A DNA stretch of 64,000 nt, from positions 58 to 64,057 of the forward strand of contig JBMSKF010000005.1 of assembly GCA_049419605.1 (NCBI GenBank), given 5' to 3'. Position numbers and translations under genes: made by a program. Shown here piece after piece: positions 28,439 to 37,230 of this stretch. The notes beneath the pieces are model-generated. The model was given only the letters and a program-made list of their open reading frames with translations, had not been told where the DNA came from and ran no database searches. The DNA comes from Bacilli bacterium (GTDB taxonomy: Bacteria > Bacillota_I > Bacilli_A > RFN20 > CAG-826). Every line of letters begins with the position of its first letter. The first letter of the stretch is position 1.

Positions 28439-30573
28439 GCTTGTTGATATTCGGGAAAAACAAGCGTTTGTAGAATTGAATCCGAGGTGAAGTCATAACT
28501 GATCATTTGTTGGTTTGATAAAGTGTGAATGACTTGATTGATCATGACCCCTCGATCCACTTGCACATAACCTAATTCACTTGAAGGATGTTCGACTTTT
28601 TCAATGAGCGAAATAGGTTCTTCTTGGTTGAAATCAATTTTAAAGACAAAGTAGTAACTATGATAAGTGAACGTATAGTCATAATAAACATCCGTTTTAA
28701 TATCACCATCTTCATTTTCTTCGGTCACAATGTCTTCCACAATATGGTAACTATAAGCATTGACAGCAAAGGCGAAGATGCCATGTTCAACGGATACCGT
28801 GATCGCTTTGTGATCCCATAATGCTTCTGCCCAACTCCAACCCCACACTTGACCTTCTTGGTCTGACATGTCGCTTAATAATTCTTGAGAGAAATTTAAT
28901 GTTTGAATCACATCACTTTCTCCTTCTGCAGTGGAGTAAGCGGATAATTTCATTCCCGTAATTTGCCCTTCTTCATTCGCGTCATAGCCTAATCCAATGA
29001 GTTGACCATCACCCCATGGATGTTGATAAGTATCAAATCCAGGCAATACAATTTCTTCACGAATTTCCGGATTAAGTGGATCGCTTAAATCGATAATGTA
29101 TAAAGGATCAGTTCTTAAAAACGTCACCACATAAGCTAAATGTTCTTGGAAACGGACAGACATAATGGATTCGCCTGGTTTTCCTAAACCTTCTTCAATA
29201 AGAGCAACTATACCGAAATTACCATTTTCTAAATCACTTAAGATATATAGACGATTGGTAACAGTGCGATTTTCCCACGACCACCACCATTCTCCAGCAC
29301 GCCAATCCCAAACCGTATCCGTCGTAGCGATACGGAAATTTCCTTCAAATTCATCAAGCGCGAATTGATTGACTGCCACACCACGAATGGTACCAACTGC
29401 CACTAAGGTAAGGTCACCCGTTTCAATTTCAAGATCAAATTTCATAATCGTTGTTGTTTGATAACTTTGTGGTTCTTCCCAAACATAATTGGATTGCGCT
29501 AAATAAAGGTGTTCAAAATTGACATATAATTTTTTGTAATCAGGCGTTGTTCCTAAATAGCCAGAGGTACGGTAAGTTAAGTCTTCTGGTGTTGAACGTA
29601 AGGGAATGCCTGTTAAAGTCGTCATCGCATATAAATTATCTTCGTTAATATAAGTCATTGAAGCGTAAGGCATGTATGCTTTTTCGCCATCATTTTCAAT
29701 ATAAGATGGGCGTAATTCTTGACCAACTTGATAAGAATAAAAATAGTAATGACCAACTAAAAATAGTGTTTCTTGAACGATGTTATCGCCTTCCATGATA
29801 GGAACAATTCGGTGATCAATGAACGCTGCATCCGTTTGAAGACTATACACAATATTTAAAGTTGCACGATCAATGATCATCACCGATCCAGTGGGTTGCC
29901 ACCAAACAAAATCTGCACAGAAATAAACATCTCCATTTTCATCTTCTTTGGCACATGAAGATTGAGTTAAATTATAACGATAACCAATAATAATTAAATA
30001 TTGATCCGTTAAATACATACTGTCGGTGTATACCGTTTCTTCTGCAGTATTTAAATTAATGGTTGTAACATATTCCACCACATTATTTGTATCCACGGTC
30101 ATCACTCGCACACGACTATCCCAGCGACTTGCATAATAAATAAATTCACCATCGGTCTTAACAACATCGCCTTCCTTGACGCCAGCAACTTGACTATTGG
30201 TATCAACAAATGAATTTTCTTTACTAGTTTGTTCTGAATTAGCTGTTGAATCTTCTGCAACACCTGGACTTAAGACACCAGTAAATTCTCCCCTGGTTTC
30301 ATTTGCTGCTTGAAGAAGAGAGCGTAAGTGATTTTCATCCTGGACTTGATTGATACCCACTCGTTGAAGCGGAACGGGATCGACGGACTTTGGTGTTAAA
30401 GTCCCCACCAACAATAAAGAGGTGGTTAACAAGAAACCCAATAATGGTCCAACTTGTATCTTTATTTTAGGTTGGAATGTTCTTTGCATCATGAAGTAAG
30501 CAAAACTGACCAAAAACCCTAAAAAACCTACAAAAATCATTAAATTAAGAATATTATTCATTTCAAATTCCAT
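28435..30573 (-). CDS. Beta-propeller domain (Beta_propel family) protein with an N-terminal membrane anchor
   Basis: Family hallmark MSVRFQEHLAYVVTFLRTDPLYIIDLSDPLNPEIREEIVLPGFDTYQHPW. N-terminal TM LMIFVGFLGFLVSFAYFMM. The start may be the second ATG at 30561. Confidence 0.75.
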   Translation of the reverse strand: MEFEMNNILNLMIFVGFLGFLVSFAYFMMQRTFQPKIKIQVGPLLGFLLTTSLLLVGTLTPKSVDPVPLQRVGINQVQDENHLRSLLQAANETRGEFTGVLSPGVAEDSTANSEQTSKENSFVDTNSQVAGVKEGDVVKTDGEFIYYASRWDSRVRVMTVDTNNVVEYVTTINLNTAEETVYTDSMYLTDQYLIIIGYRYNLTQSSCAKEDENGDVYFCADFVWWQPTGSVMIIDRATLNIVYSLQTDAAFIDHRIVPIMEGDNIVQETLFLVGHYYFYSYQVGQELRPSYIENDGEKAYMPYASMTYINEDNLYAMTTLTGIPLRSTPEDLTYRTSGYLGTTPDYKKLYVNFEHLYLAQSNYVWEEPQSYQTTTIMKFDLEIETGDLTLVAVGTIRGVAVNQFALDEFEGNFRIATTDTVWDWRAGEWWWSWENRTVTNRLYILSDLENGNFGIVALIEEGLGKPGESIMSVRFQEHLAYVVTFLRTDPLYIIDLSDPLNPEIREEIVLPGFDTYQHPWGDGQLIGLGYDANEEGQITGMKLSAYSTAEGESDVIQTLNFSQELLSDMSDQEGQVWGWSWAEALWDHKAITVSVEHGIFAFAVNAYSYHIVEDIVTEENEDGDIKTDVYYDYTFTYHSYYFVFKIDFNQEEPISLIEKVEHPSSELGYVQVDRGVMINQVIHTLSNQQMISYDFTSDSILQTLVFPEYQQA

Positions 30574-30702
30574 CCTATCTACATTATAGACAAGTCAAAA
30601 GGCGTTTTCTTTCTCGAATTCATCACTTGCTTAAGTTAAAATAGTATTAATGGTAATTTATCACATAATGTTCACTCATTTTAATAGAAAGAAATAACCC
30701 CA

Positions 30703-31617
30703 ATGATTTACACAATTACGTTAAATCCAAGTCTTGATTACTATTTAGATTTACCAAAATTAAAACTAGGTTCTTTAAACCGTTCGTCGAATGCAAAAGT
30801 CGTTGCAGCAGGTAAAGGCATCAATGTTTCTGTCATGTTAAATACTTTAGGGGTAAAATCCACCATCCTTGGTTTCTTTGGTGGTTTCACTGGTGACTAC
30901 ATGTTAGGACAATTAGGTCGTTACTTAAATATCCACCTTAGACCAACGATGATTGAAGGAACATCTAGAATTAATGTGAAATTGATTCATGATCAAGAAA
31001 CTGAACTCAATGCTTCAGGTCCAGAAATTAATGGTTCAGAATTGAATAATTTACTCAATCAATTGAATACAATTACTTCAAAAGATGTTGTGGTTATTTC
31101 AGGATCTACCACTGCGAATGATAAAACCGGATTGATTGAACAAATTGTCAAATACATCATTCAAAGAAAAATCGATTTTGTCTTAGATGTTTCTGGACAA
31201 GAATTAAAGAAATTAATCAAATATAAACCTTTAATCATTAAACCCAATTTATCTGAATTTCAATTTTTAGCAGACACAGAAGCCACTGATATAAAGAAGT
31301 TACTTCCTCAAGCTAAGAAAGTGGCAGAAATTACTCAAAATAGAGTGTTGTTATCCTTGGGTGAAAATGGTGCTATTTTCGTCGATAAAAATAAAGCTTA
31401 TCATGTGGAAGCTCCTCAAGTTAAAGTCCAACATACGGTTGGTGCTGGCGATGCTTTACTTGCGGGTTATATGTCTAAATTTGAAAAAACTTCTGATCAT
31501 AAAGTATCCTTAGCCTTTGCCATGGCCTTAGCTGTCAAAAAGGTAGAAGGTGGCGATGTGACCAATTTAGCTGAACTCGAAAAATTAGCGGCAACAATTA
31601 AAATTAAGACGCTTTAA
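30703..31617 (+). CDS. fruK: PfkB-family sugar-phosphate kinase (1-phosphofructokinase / tagatose-6-phosphate kinase-like)
   Basis: MIYTITLNPSLDY N-terminus, GKGINVS, and the C-terminal GAGDALLAG ATP-binding motif. 304 aa. Confidence 0.75.
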   Translation: MIYTITLNPSLDYYLDLPKLKLGSLNRSSNAKVVAAGKGINVSVMLNTLGVKSTILGFFGGFTGDYMLGQLGRYLNIHLRPTMIEGTSRINVKLIHDQETELNASGPEINGSELNNLLNQLNTITSKDVVVISGSTTANDKTGLIEQIVKYIIQRKIDFVLDVSGQELKKLIKYKPLIIKPNLSEFQFLADTEATDIKKLLPQAKKVAEITQNRVLLSLGENGAIFVDKNKAYHVEAPQVKVQHTVGAGDALLAGYMSKFEKTSDHKVSLAFAMALAVKKVEGGDVTNLAELEKLAATIKIKTL

Positions 31618-31619
31618 TC

Positions 31620-33101
31620 ATGAAATTAAATTATCAACGTACGATTCTAATTGGTTTAGCATTCTTATCGATCCAACTCTTTTGGGGTTTTTATGAAGCG
31701 GTCATTTCTAAAATGCTCGTCGATTCATTTGGACTGAATCCATTTTGGTCTAATTTTGTCATGACGTTTGATAATCTTATGGGTTTGTTTTTATTACCCT
31801 TTTTTGGAACTTTATCTGATCGCTCTACTTCTAAACTAGGTAAAAGAACTCCCTTTATTACCATCGGGATTATCATTGCCGCCTTTTTTATCGTGGGGGT
31901 TGCATTAGTTGATTTTTATCAACAATCTGCGGTAGTCGATGCGGGAATTCTAGGCATTACCCAAACCAATCAAAATTATAGTTTTGCTACCCAAACTGAT
32001 TTAAAAGATCTCATCATTGATATTGCAGTAACGCATAATCGTGATTACACCCTTGTTGGAGATGTGGTTTATTTTGCAAGTAAATTAGACGCATCCTTTG
32101 TTCGATATACACTTATCTTCAATCAAATCACATTGATTTCACCAATTTATTTAATTTTATATATCCTGACATTATTTATCGTCTTAATTGCTATGTCTTA
32201 TTATCGAACCCCTGCCGTTTCGCTGATGCCTGACATTACCCCAAAACCATTTCGCAGTGTTGCCAATGCCATTATTAATTTAATGGGAGTTTTAGGATAC
32301 ATAGTGGCCACGCTCATTATTAACGCAGCCACCGAAGAATTTACTTCCTATATTCGTGCCTTCATCATGCTCTCATTAACCATGGTTGCAATTTTATTAT
32401 TATTCCGTTTTATTGTGAAGGAAGTAGCTTGGGTAAAAGACATGCACCGCGTTTCGATTCAACAAGGTTATGAAACGGAAGCAGAAGATCAAGCAAGAAA
32501 AGACAATGTTGCCACCCCACTGAAAAAAGAATATCAATTAAGTTTTTGGCTAATCATGGTGTCTGTATTTTTATGGTTCTTTAGCTTTAATGCAGTGACC
32601 ACAAAGTTCACGGATTATGCTAGTAATGTCCTAGAAATCACAAACTATGTTTTACCTGTTACGGTCGCTAACATTGCAGCGTTAATTGGATTTTTACCCC
32701 TGGCAGCACTTGCGAATAAAATTGGTAGAAAAAAGACTGTCTTACTTGGGATTCTCATGCTTGCATTAGGAACGCTTGTTGGTTCATTTTTAACAGTAGA
32801 AACTTCATGGATTATCTATCTCATCATGCCAATCGCTGGCTTAGGATTTGCCGCAATTAATGTCAATTCCTATCCGATGATTGTGGAAATGTCTTCAGGA
32901 AGTAATATTGGTAAATATACCGGTTACTACTATACTGCCTCGATGGCAGCGCAAATTTTCACACCTTTATTGTCTGGGGCATTAATGACAGCCTTTGGAT
33001 TAAGATTGCTATTTCCCTATGCTACTTTCTTTGCATTATTAAGTTTTGGAACCATGTTTTTTGTGCGACATGGTGAAGCAAGTAAACTTAAATCTGAGTG
33101 A
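31620..33101 (+). CDS. MFS transporter of the GPH / sucrose-transporter-like type
   Basis: The FGTLSDRSTSKLGKRTPFI motif matches the GxxSDRxxxxxGRRxPF motif of glycoside cation symporters. There are 12 TM segments with a long central loop. It starts 2 nt after the kinase stop. Confidence 0.7.
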   Translation: MKLNYQRTILIGLAFLSIQLFWGFYEAVISKMLVDSFGLNPFWSNFVMTFDNLMGLFLLPFFGTLSDRSTSKLGKRTPFITIGIIIAAFFIVGVALVDFYQQSAVVDAGILGITQTNQNYSFATQTDLKDLIIDIAVTHNRDYTLVGDVVYFASKLDASFVRYTLIFNQITLISPIYLILYILTLFIVLIAMSYYRTPAVSLMPDITPKPFRSVANAIINLMGVLGYIVATLIINAATEEFTSYIRAFIMLSLTMVAILLLFRFIVKEVAWVKDMHRVSIQQGYETEAEDQARKDNVATPLKKEYQLSFWLIMVSVFLWFFSFNAVTTKFTDYASNVLEITNYVLPVTVANIAALIGFLPLAALANKIGRKKTVLLGILMLALGTLVGSFLTVETSWIIYLIMPIAGLGFAAINVNSYPMIVEMSSGSNIGKYTGYYYTASMAAQIFTPLLSGALMTAFGLRLLFPYATFFALLSFGTMFFVRHGEASKLKSE

Positions 33102-33130
33102 TATAATAAATTCGAATCGAGGAGACCCCT

Positions 33131-34255
33131 ATGATCATTGGTGTCCCAAAAGAAATTAAAAAATTAGAATATCGCGTCGGCTTAACCCCAGCATCTGCAA
33201 AGGCATACCTACAAGCTGGTCATCAAGTTTTGATTCAACAAGATGCAGGTTTAGGGTCGGGTTTTTCAAATGATGAATACCTTCATGTGGGTTGTAAAAT
33301 TTTATCCACCATTCAAGAAGTTTATGCAAAAGCTGAAATGATTATTAAGGTAAAAGAACCACTTGAAGAAGAATTTAATTTACTAAGACCTCATCAAATT
33401 CTTTATACCTTTTTACATTTAGCCGCGGCAAAACCGCTTACCGATGCCTTATTAAAAAATAAAGTCACTGCAATTGCTTATGAAACTATTAAAGATACAA
33501 ATGGTAGACTTCCAGTGCTAAGACCAATGTCAGAAGTTGCGGGTCGACTCGCTGTACAAGAAGGCGCTAAATTTTTAGAAAAAGCTTTTGGTGGTCGCGG
33601 TGTTTTATTGGGTGGTATTCCAGGTGTTGAACCTGGTCATGTCGTTGTCTTAGGTGCGAATGGTTATGCTGGATTTAATGCCACACAAATTGCACTTGGT
33701 ATGCAAGCGAAAGTCACCGCGATTGACGTCAAGTTTAATCAAGTCGAAACCTTACTACCATTTGCCAATGGTCGATTAACGATGTTGACCTCTAACGAAA
33801 CCAATATTCTCAATAGTATTCAACATGCCGATCTTGTTGTCTCTACCGTCCTTATTCCTGGAGATGCTGCGCCTAAACTGATTAAAAAGTCTTATTTGAA
33901 AATGATGCCAAAAGGTTCAGTCATCGTTGATGTGGCGATTGATCAAGGCGGCAGTACGGAAACTAGTAAAGTAACGTACCATGATCAACCCATTTATGAA
34001 ATCGATGGCGTCATTCATTACTGTGTTGCGAATATGCCAGGGGCAGTGCCGCGAACTTCCACGATTGGTTTAAATCAAGCAACCCTTCCTTTTGGTTTAG
34101 CGATCGCAAATTTAGGATTCAAAGAAGCAATGAAAAAAGATCCGGGTCTAGCAAGCGGACTTAACACATACCAAGGCAAGATTACTTTCCCGGCCTTAGC
34201 CCAATTATTTAAATTACCTTTATTAACCGTTAACGAAGTGATTTCAACACGTTGA
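33131..34255 (+). CDS. ald: Alanine dehydrogenase
   Basis: MIIGVPKEIKKLEYRVGLTP N-terminus and the GxGxxG NAD site VVVLGANGYAG. 374 aa. Confidence 0.9.
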   Translation: MIIGVPKEIKKLEYRVGLTPASAKAYLQAGHQVLIQQDAGLGSGFSNDEYLHVGCKILSTIQEVYAKAEMIIKVKEPLEEEFNLLRPHQILYTFLHLAAAKPLTDALLKNKVTAIAYETIKDTNGRLPVLRPMSEVAGRLAVQEGAKFLEKAFGGRGVLLGGIPGVEPGHVVVLGANGYAGFNATQIALGMQAKVTAIDVKFNQVETLLPFANGRLTMLTSNETNILNSIQHADLVVSTVLIPGDAAPKLIKKSYLKMMPKGSVIVDVAIDQGGSTETSKVTYHDQPIYEIDGVIHYCVANMPGAVPRTSTIGLNQATLPFGLAIANLGFKEAMKKDPGLASGLNTYQGKITFPALAQLFKLPLLTVNEVISTR

Positions 34256-34661
34256 TCATCGACAAGGCTGCTATTGCACATTCATAACCTTTGTTGGTTT
34301 TATCTCCTTTCGCACGGGCTTCTGCCTGTGCTTCATTGTCTGTAGTTAACACACCAAAAATCACAGGTTTCATTAATTTCAAACCTACATCCATAATGCC
34401 TCGTGCTGTTTCTGAACACACATAATCATAGTGACTGGTTTCTCCACGAATCACTGCCCCTAAACAAATCACCGCAGCGGTCATCATTTGTTGGCCAGCA
34501 GCAAGGGCGGCAATCGGTAATTCAAATGCACCAGGAACTTTAGTTACAACAATGTTTTGTTTGGAAAACTTTTGGTCAGTCAAGGCGCGTAATGCACCTT
34601 GTAAAAGTTGTTCAGGAATAGGGTTATTGAATTCGGAAACGATAATGTGAATTTTTTTCAT
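34230..34661 (-). CDS. ribH: 6,7-dimethyl-8-ribityllumazine synthase
   Basis: VPGAFELP and GETSHYDYV motifs. An AAGGAGG RBS sits in the 12-nt gap after ribB. The 3' end overlaps ald by 26 nt. Confidence 0.9.
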   Translation of the reverse strand: MKKIHIIVSEFNNPIPEQLLQGALRALTDQKFSKQNIVVTKVPGAFELPIAALAAGQQMMTAAVICLGAVIRGETSHYDYVCSETARGIMDVGLKLMKPVIFGVLTTDNEAQAEARAKGDKTNKGYECAIAALSMINVLKSLR

Positions 34662-34673
34662 GAGTGAACCTCC

Positions 34674-35273
34674 TTATGGTTTCATGAGTTGACTAATCTC
34701 TAAAATTGGCATCCTTAATTTGGTCGCAAGTTTAAATAAATCTTGACGACGGGCCATCTTACCATTGGGTAATATAATTTCACAAATGACGGCTACCGGT
34801 TTGAGTTTAGCTAACTGCATTAAGGCTAAAGATGCTTCCGTGTGGCCAGGTCGAGATTGAACACCACCCGCTTTACCGATAAGAGGAAAGATATGACCAG
34901 GTCTAACAAAATCATCTATTTTTGCATTTGGATTTGCCAATTGATTTAATGTATCTGCCCGTTCTTGAGCACTTATCCCAGTTGTATTGGTTTTTGCATC
35001 AATGGACACTGTAAATGCAGTACGGAAACTTTCAGTATTGGTTTTGACCATCAATGGTAAGTCTAGTTTTTTAGCAATGGTATCACTAATGGGAGCGCAC
35101 ACTAAACCTTTACCTAGTGTAATCATGGTGTTGATTGTTTTTTCAGTCGCGAATTCCGCCGCCATTACAAAATCACCTTCATTTTCACGATGAATATCGT
35201 CGACCAAGATAATCAATCGACCTTTTTGTAAGGCATGAATAGCTTCTAAAAGTGATGAAAATTTTGTTTTCAT
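34674..35273 (-). CDS. ribB: 3,4-dihydroxy-2-butanone-4-phosphate synthase, stand-alone (no GTP cyclohydrolase II domain)
   Basis: VDDIHRENEGDFVMAAE and RPGHTEAS motifs. The protein is 199 aa and ends 12 nt before ribH. Confidence 0.9.
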   Translation of the reverse strand: MKTKFSSLLEAIHALQKGRLIILVDDIHRENEGDFVMAAEFATEKTINTMITLGKGLVCAPISDTIAKKLDLPLMVKTNTESFRTAFTVSIDAKTNTTGISAQERADTLNQLANPNAKIDDFVRPGHIFPLIGKAGGVQSRPGHTEASLALMQLAKLKPVAVICEIILPNGKMARRQDLFKLATKLRMPILEISQLMKP

Positions 35274-35857
35274 TTTTGCATTAATTTCTCAACATACTTC
35301 GCCAGCATATCGACTTCAATATTAACTGGATCACCAATCTTCTTGGATAATAAAGTGGTATGTAGTTTCGTGTGAGGAATAATCCAAAGTGCAAAAGACG
35401 TTTTCGTTACATCGGTTAAAGTTAAAGAAATACCATCCACTGCCACACTACCTTTTTGAATCATATATTTGGTGAGCGTTTCTGGCACTTCAATCGTGAC
35501 GATGGTGGCAATGCCTTCTTGCTTAAGATTAATAATTTTACCAACGCCATCAACATGGCCTGAAACTTGATGACCCCCATTTCGTTGACTCGCGGCAAGG
35601 GCTCTTTCTAAGTTAATACCCGTCCCTTCTTTCCATAATCGTAAAGCGGTGACCTGAATGGTTTCTTTCATCACTTCCACATCGTAAGTTCTCAATGATT
35701 TTTTCACAACCGTTAAACAAATCCCGTCATGCGCAATCGAGTCACCAAGTTTTGTACCCTTTAAAACCTGTTTAGCTTGAATGGTGTAACGGAAACCATC
35801 TGCAAGTTGCTGTATTTTTTGAATGGTACCAATTTCTTCAATAATGCCTGAGAACAT
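35270..35857 (-). CDS. ribE: Riboflavin synthase alpha chain
   Basis: MFSGIIEEIG N-terminus and an internal duplication (GDSIAHDGICLTV / GSVAVDGISLTL). The start at 35857 is preferred over the track extension to 35908. Confidence 0.9.
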   Translation of the reverse strand: MFSGIIEEIGTIQKIQQLADGFRYTIQAKQVLKGTKLGDSIAHDGICLTVVKKSLRTYDVEVMKETIQVTALRLWKEGTGINLERALAASQRNGGHQVSGHVDGVGKIINLKQEGIATIVTIEVPETLTKYMIQKGSVAVDGISLTLTDVTKTSFALWIIPHTKLHTTLLSKKIGDPVNIEVDMLAKYVEKLMQK

Positions 35858-35858
35858 A

Positions 35859-36281
35859 TTATTTAAACCTTTCAAAATAAGCTTGATTGAGTGAGCGATT
35901 TTCAGCATCCATCAAACCCGTGACGACTTCGATTCCAGCTTTTTTCAATACGTTGACGCCATCTCCATTTTCGATGGGGTTGGGATCCAAAGAAGCGATC
36001 ACAACCTTTTTAACTTTCTTGCGAATTAAAAATTGAGCACAAGAAGGAAAATAATCATCGTGTGCACATGGTTCTAACGTCACATAGACAGTGGAACCTT
36101 CTACATCAAAGTCTTGGTCTTTAAAGGCGGCAAATTCTGCATGTAGACCAAAAAGTTTTTCGTGGTAACCCTTGGTAATGACATGGCGATTTTTGGTAAA
36201 TACAGCGCCGACCAAAGGATCATGACCCACCATCCCTTTTGCCTGCGCAGCAAGGGTGAAGGCTTGTCTCATAAAATCCAT
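35859..36281 (-). CDS. ribD: RibD-like pyrimidine deaminase domain only (no reductase domain)
   Basis: HAEFAAF and TLEPCAH...PSC zinc-ligand motifs. About 140 aa. The stop lies 1 nt before the ribE ATG. The track extension to 36350 runs into the riboswitch. Confidence 0.8.
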   Translation of the reverse strand: MDFMRQAFTLAAQAKGMVGHDPLVGAVFTKNRHVITKGYHEKLFGLHAEFAAFKDQDFDVEGSTVYVTLEPCAHDDYFPSCAQFLIRKKVKKVVIASLDPNPIENGDGVNVLKKAGIEVVTGLMDAENRSLNQAYFERFK

Positions 36282-36295
36282 GTCTGTTTTAATTT

Positions 36296-36469
36296 TCAAA
36301 TAAAAACCCTGACCTTTAAGTAAGTTCAGGGTACATATGAAAAATGACATCTTCTTTCATCCAGACTTTACTGTCGCCACTTGAATTACACAAGTTCCTG
36401 CATTGCTGCTCGCGGGGTTGACCGCCGATTGGGAGTTACACCCTACCCTGAAGATACGCTTATATTATA
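36296..36469 (-). promoter_or_regulatory. FMN riboswitch (RFN element) with a terminator expression platform and a TATAAT -10
   Basis: Minus strand reads TCTTCAGGGTAGGGTGTAACTCCCAATCGGCGGTCAACCCCGCGAGC...GGCGACAGTAAAGTCTGGATGAAAGAAGATG, which matches conserved RFN cores. A terminator follows: ACCCTGAACttacttaaagGTCAGGGTTTTTATTT (36302-36332). TATAAT is at 36469-36464. Confidence 0.9.
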
Positions 36470-36567
36470 GGAGAACAAATTCAAAAAGTATAACGATATG
36501 ATTAAAGGAAAATTCATATCTTTTTAATGGATTTTCGGTTAAAATATGAAGGAAGAGTGGGGACTTT

Positions 36568-37221
36568 ATGAAAGTAATAATCACTGGAGATCATCTACCT
36601 GTCTTAACGTTAGAACTAAGTGCCAAAGACACCATTTACACTGAAAATGATGTCACCACGATTTCATTGATTACCCCTGAAATCACGAAGAAAACAATTT
36701 CAACTGCAAAAAAACTTAATCCATTTTTTTCAAAGTTAATTTTTGGTGATGCTAAAGTTTTGGATGAATATAAAGCGACGAAAGCAGAAAGCATCATGGC
36801 ATTCTCCGCGCCTTTACCAGGACAAATTGTTACTCTAAACATTACCAAATCAAAACCAATCGTCATTAAAAAAGGTTCGTTATTGGCCATGACTAAAGGC
36901 TTAGAAATTAAACCGAGAAAGAAGTTTAATTTATGGGACGCTTTGTTTGGCAATGATGATTTAGCATTACAAGTCTTAAGCGGCCAAGGAACTGCCTATA
37001 TTCTTATCGATAAGGATGCAAAAACATATAACTTAACGAAAGGTAAAGCTTTAAGTTTTGATCAAGCGGCAGTTGCATATATGGATGCTTCCATGACCTT
37101 AATGGTGAAACGTACGAATATTTTTAAAGCCTTCTTTTTTGGAGGTAACGACGTAATTAAATATAAAGTGACTGGTCCAGGTAAAATCGTCACCCAAAAC
37201 GCAAACTACCAAAGGATGTAA
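36568..37221 (+). CDS. AIM24/DUF124 (TIGR00266-like) family protein
   Basis: 217 aa. The N-terminal pattern MKVIITGDHLPVLTLELSAKDTIYTE and the overall beta-rich composition resemble the family. Judged by eye only. Confidence 0.45.
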   Translation: MKVIITGDHLPVLTLELSAKDTIYTENDVTTISLITPEITKKTISTAKKLNPFFSKLIFGDAKVLDEYKATKAESIMAFSAPLPGQIVTLNITKSKPIVIKKGSLLAMTKGLEIKPRKKFNLWDALFGNDDLALQVLSGQGTAYILIDKDAKTYNLTKGKALSFDQAAVAYMDASMTLMVKRTNIFKAFFFGGNDVIKYKVTGPGKIVTQNANYQRM

Positions 37222-37230
37222 AATAAAGTT

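Noticed and set aside
34662-34673. ribB and ribD as decayed pseudogenes of ribBA and full-length ribD.
   Set aside because: No residual coding sequence for the missing domains exists. The gaps are 12 nt (an intact RBS) and 1 nt, and the remaining domains keep their catalytic motifs. I report this as a finding rather than as pseudogenes.
36282-36350. Longer ribD ORF starting at 36350.
   Set aside because: The extra 23 codons lie within the FMN riboswitch terminator and aptamer. The MDFMRQAF start at 36281 fits deaminase-domain N-termini.
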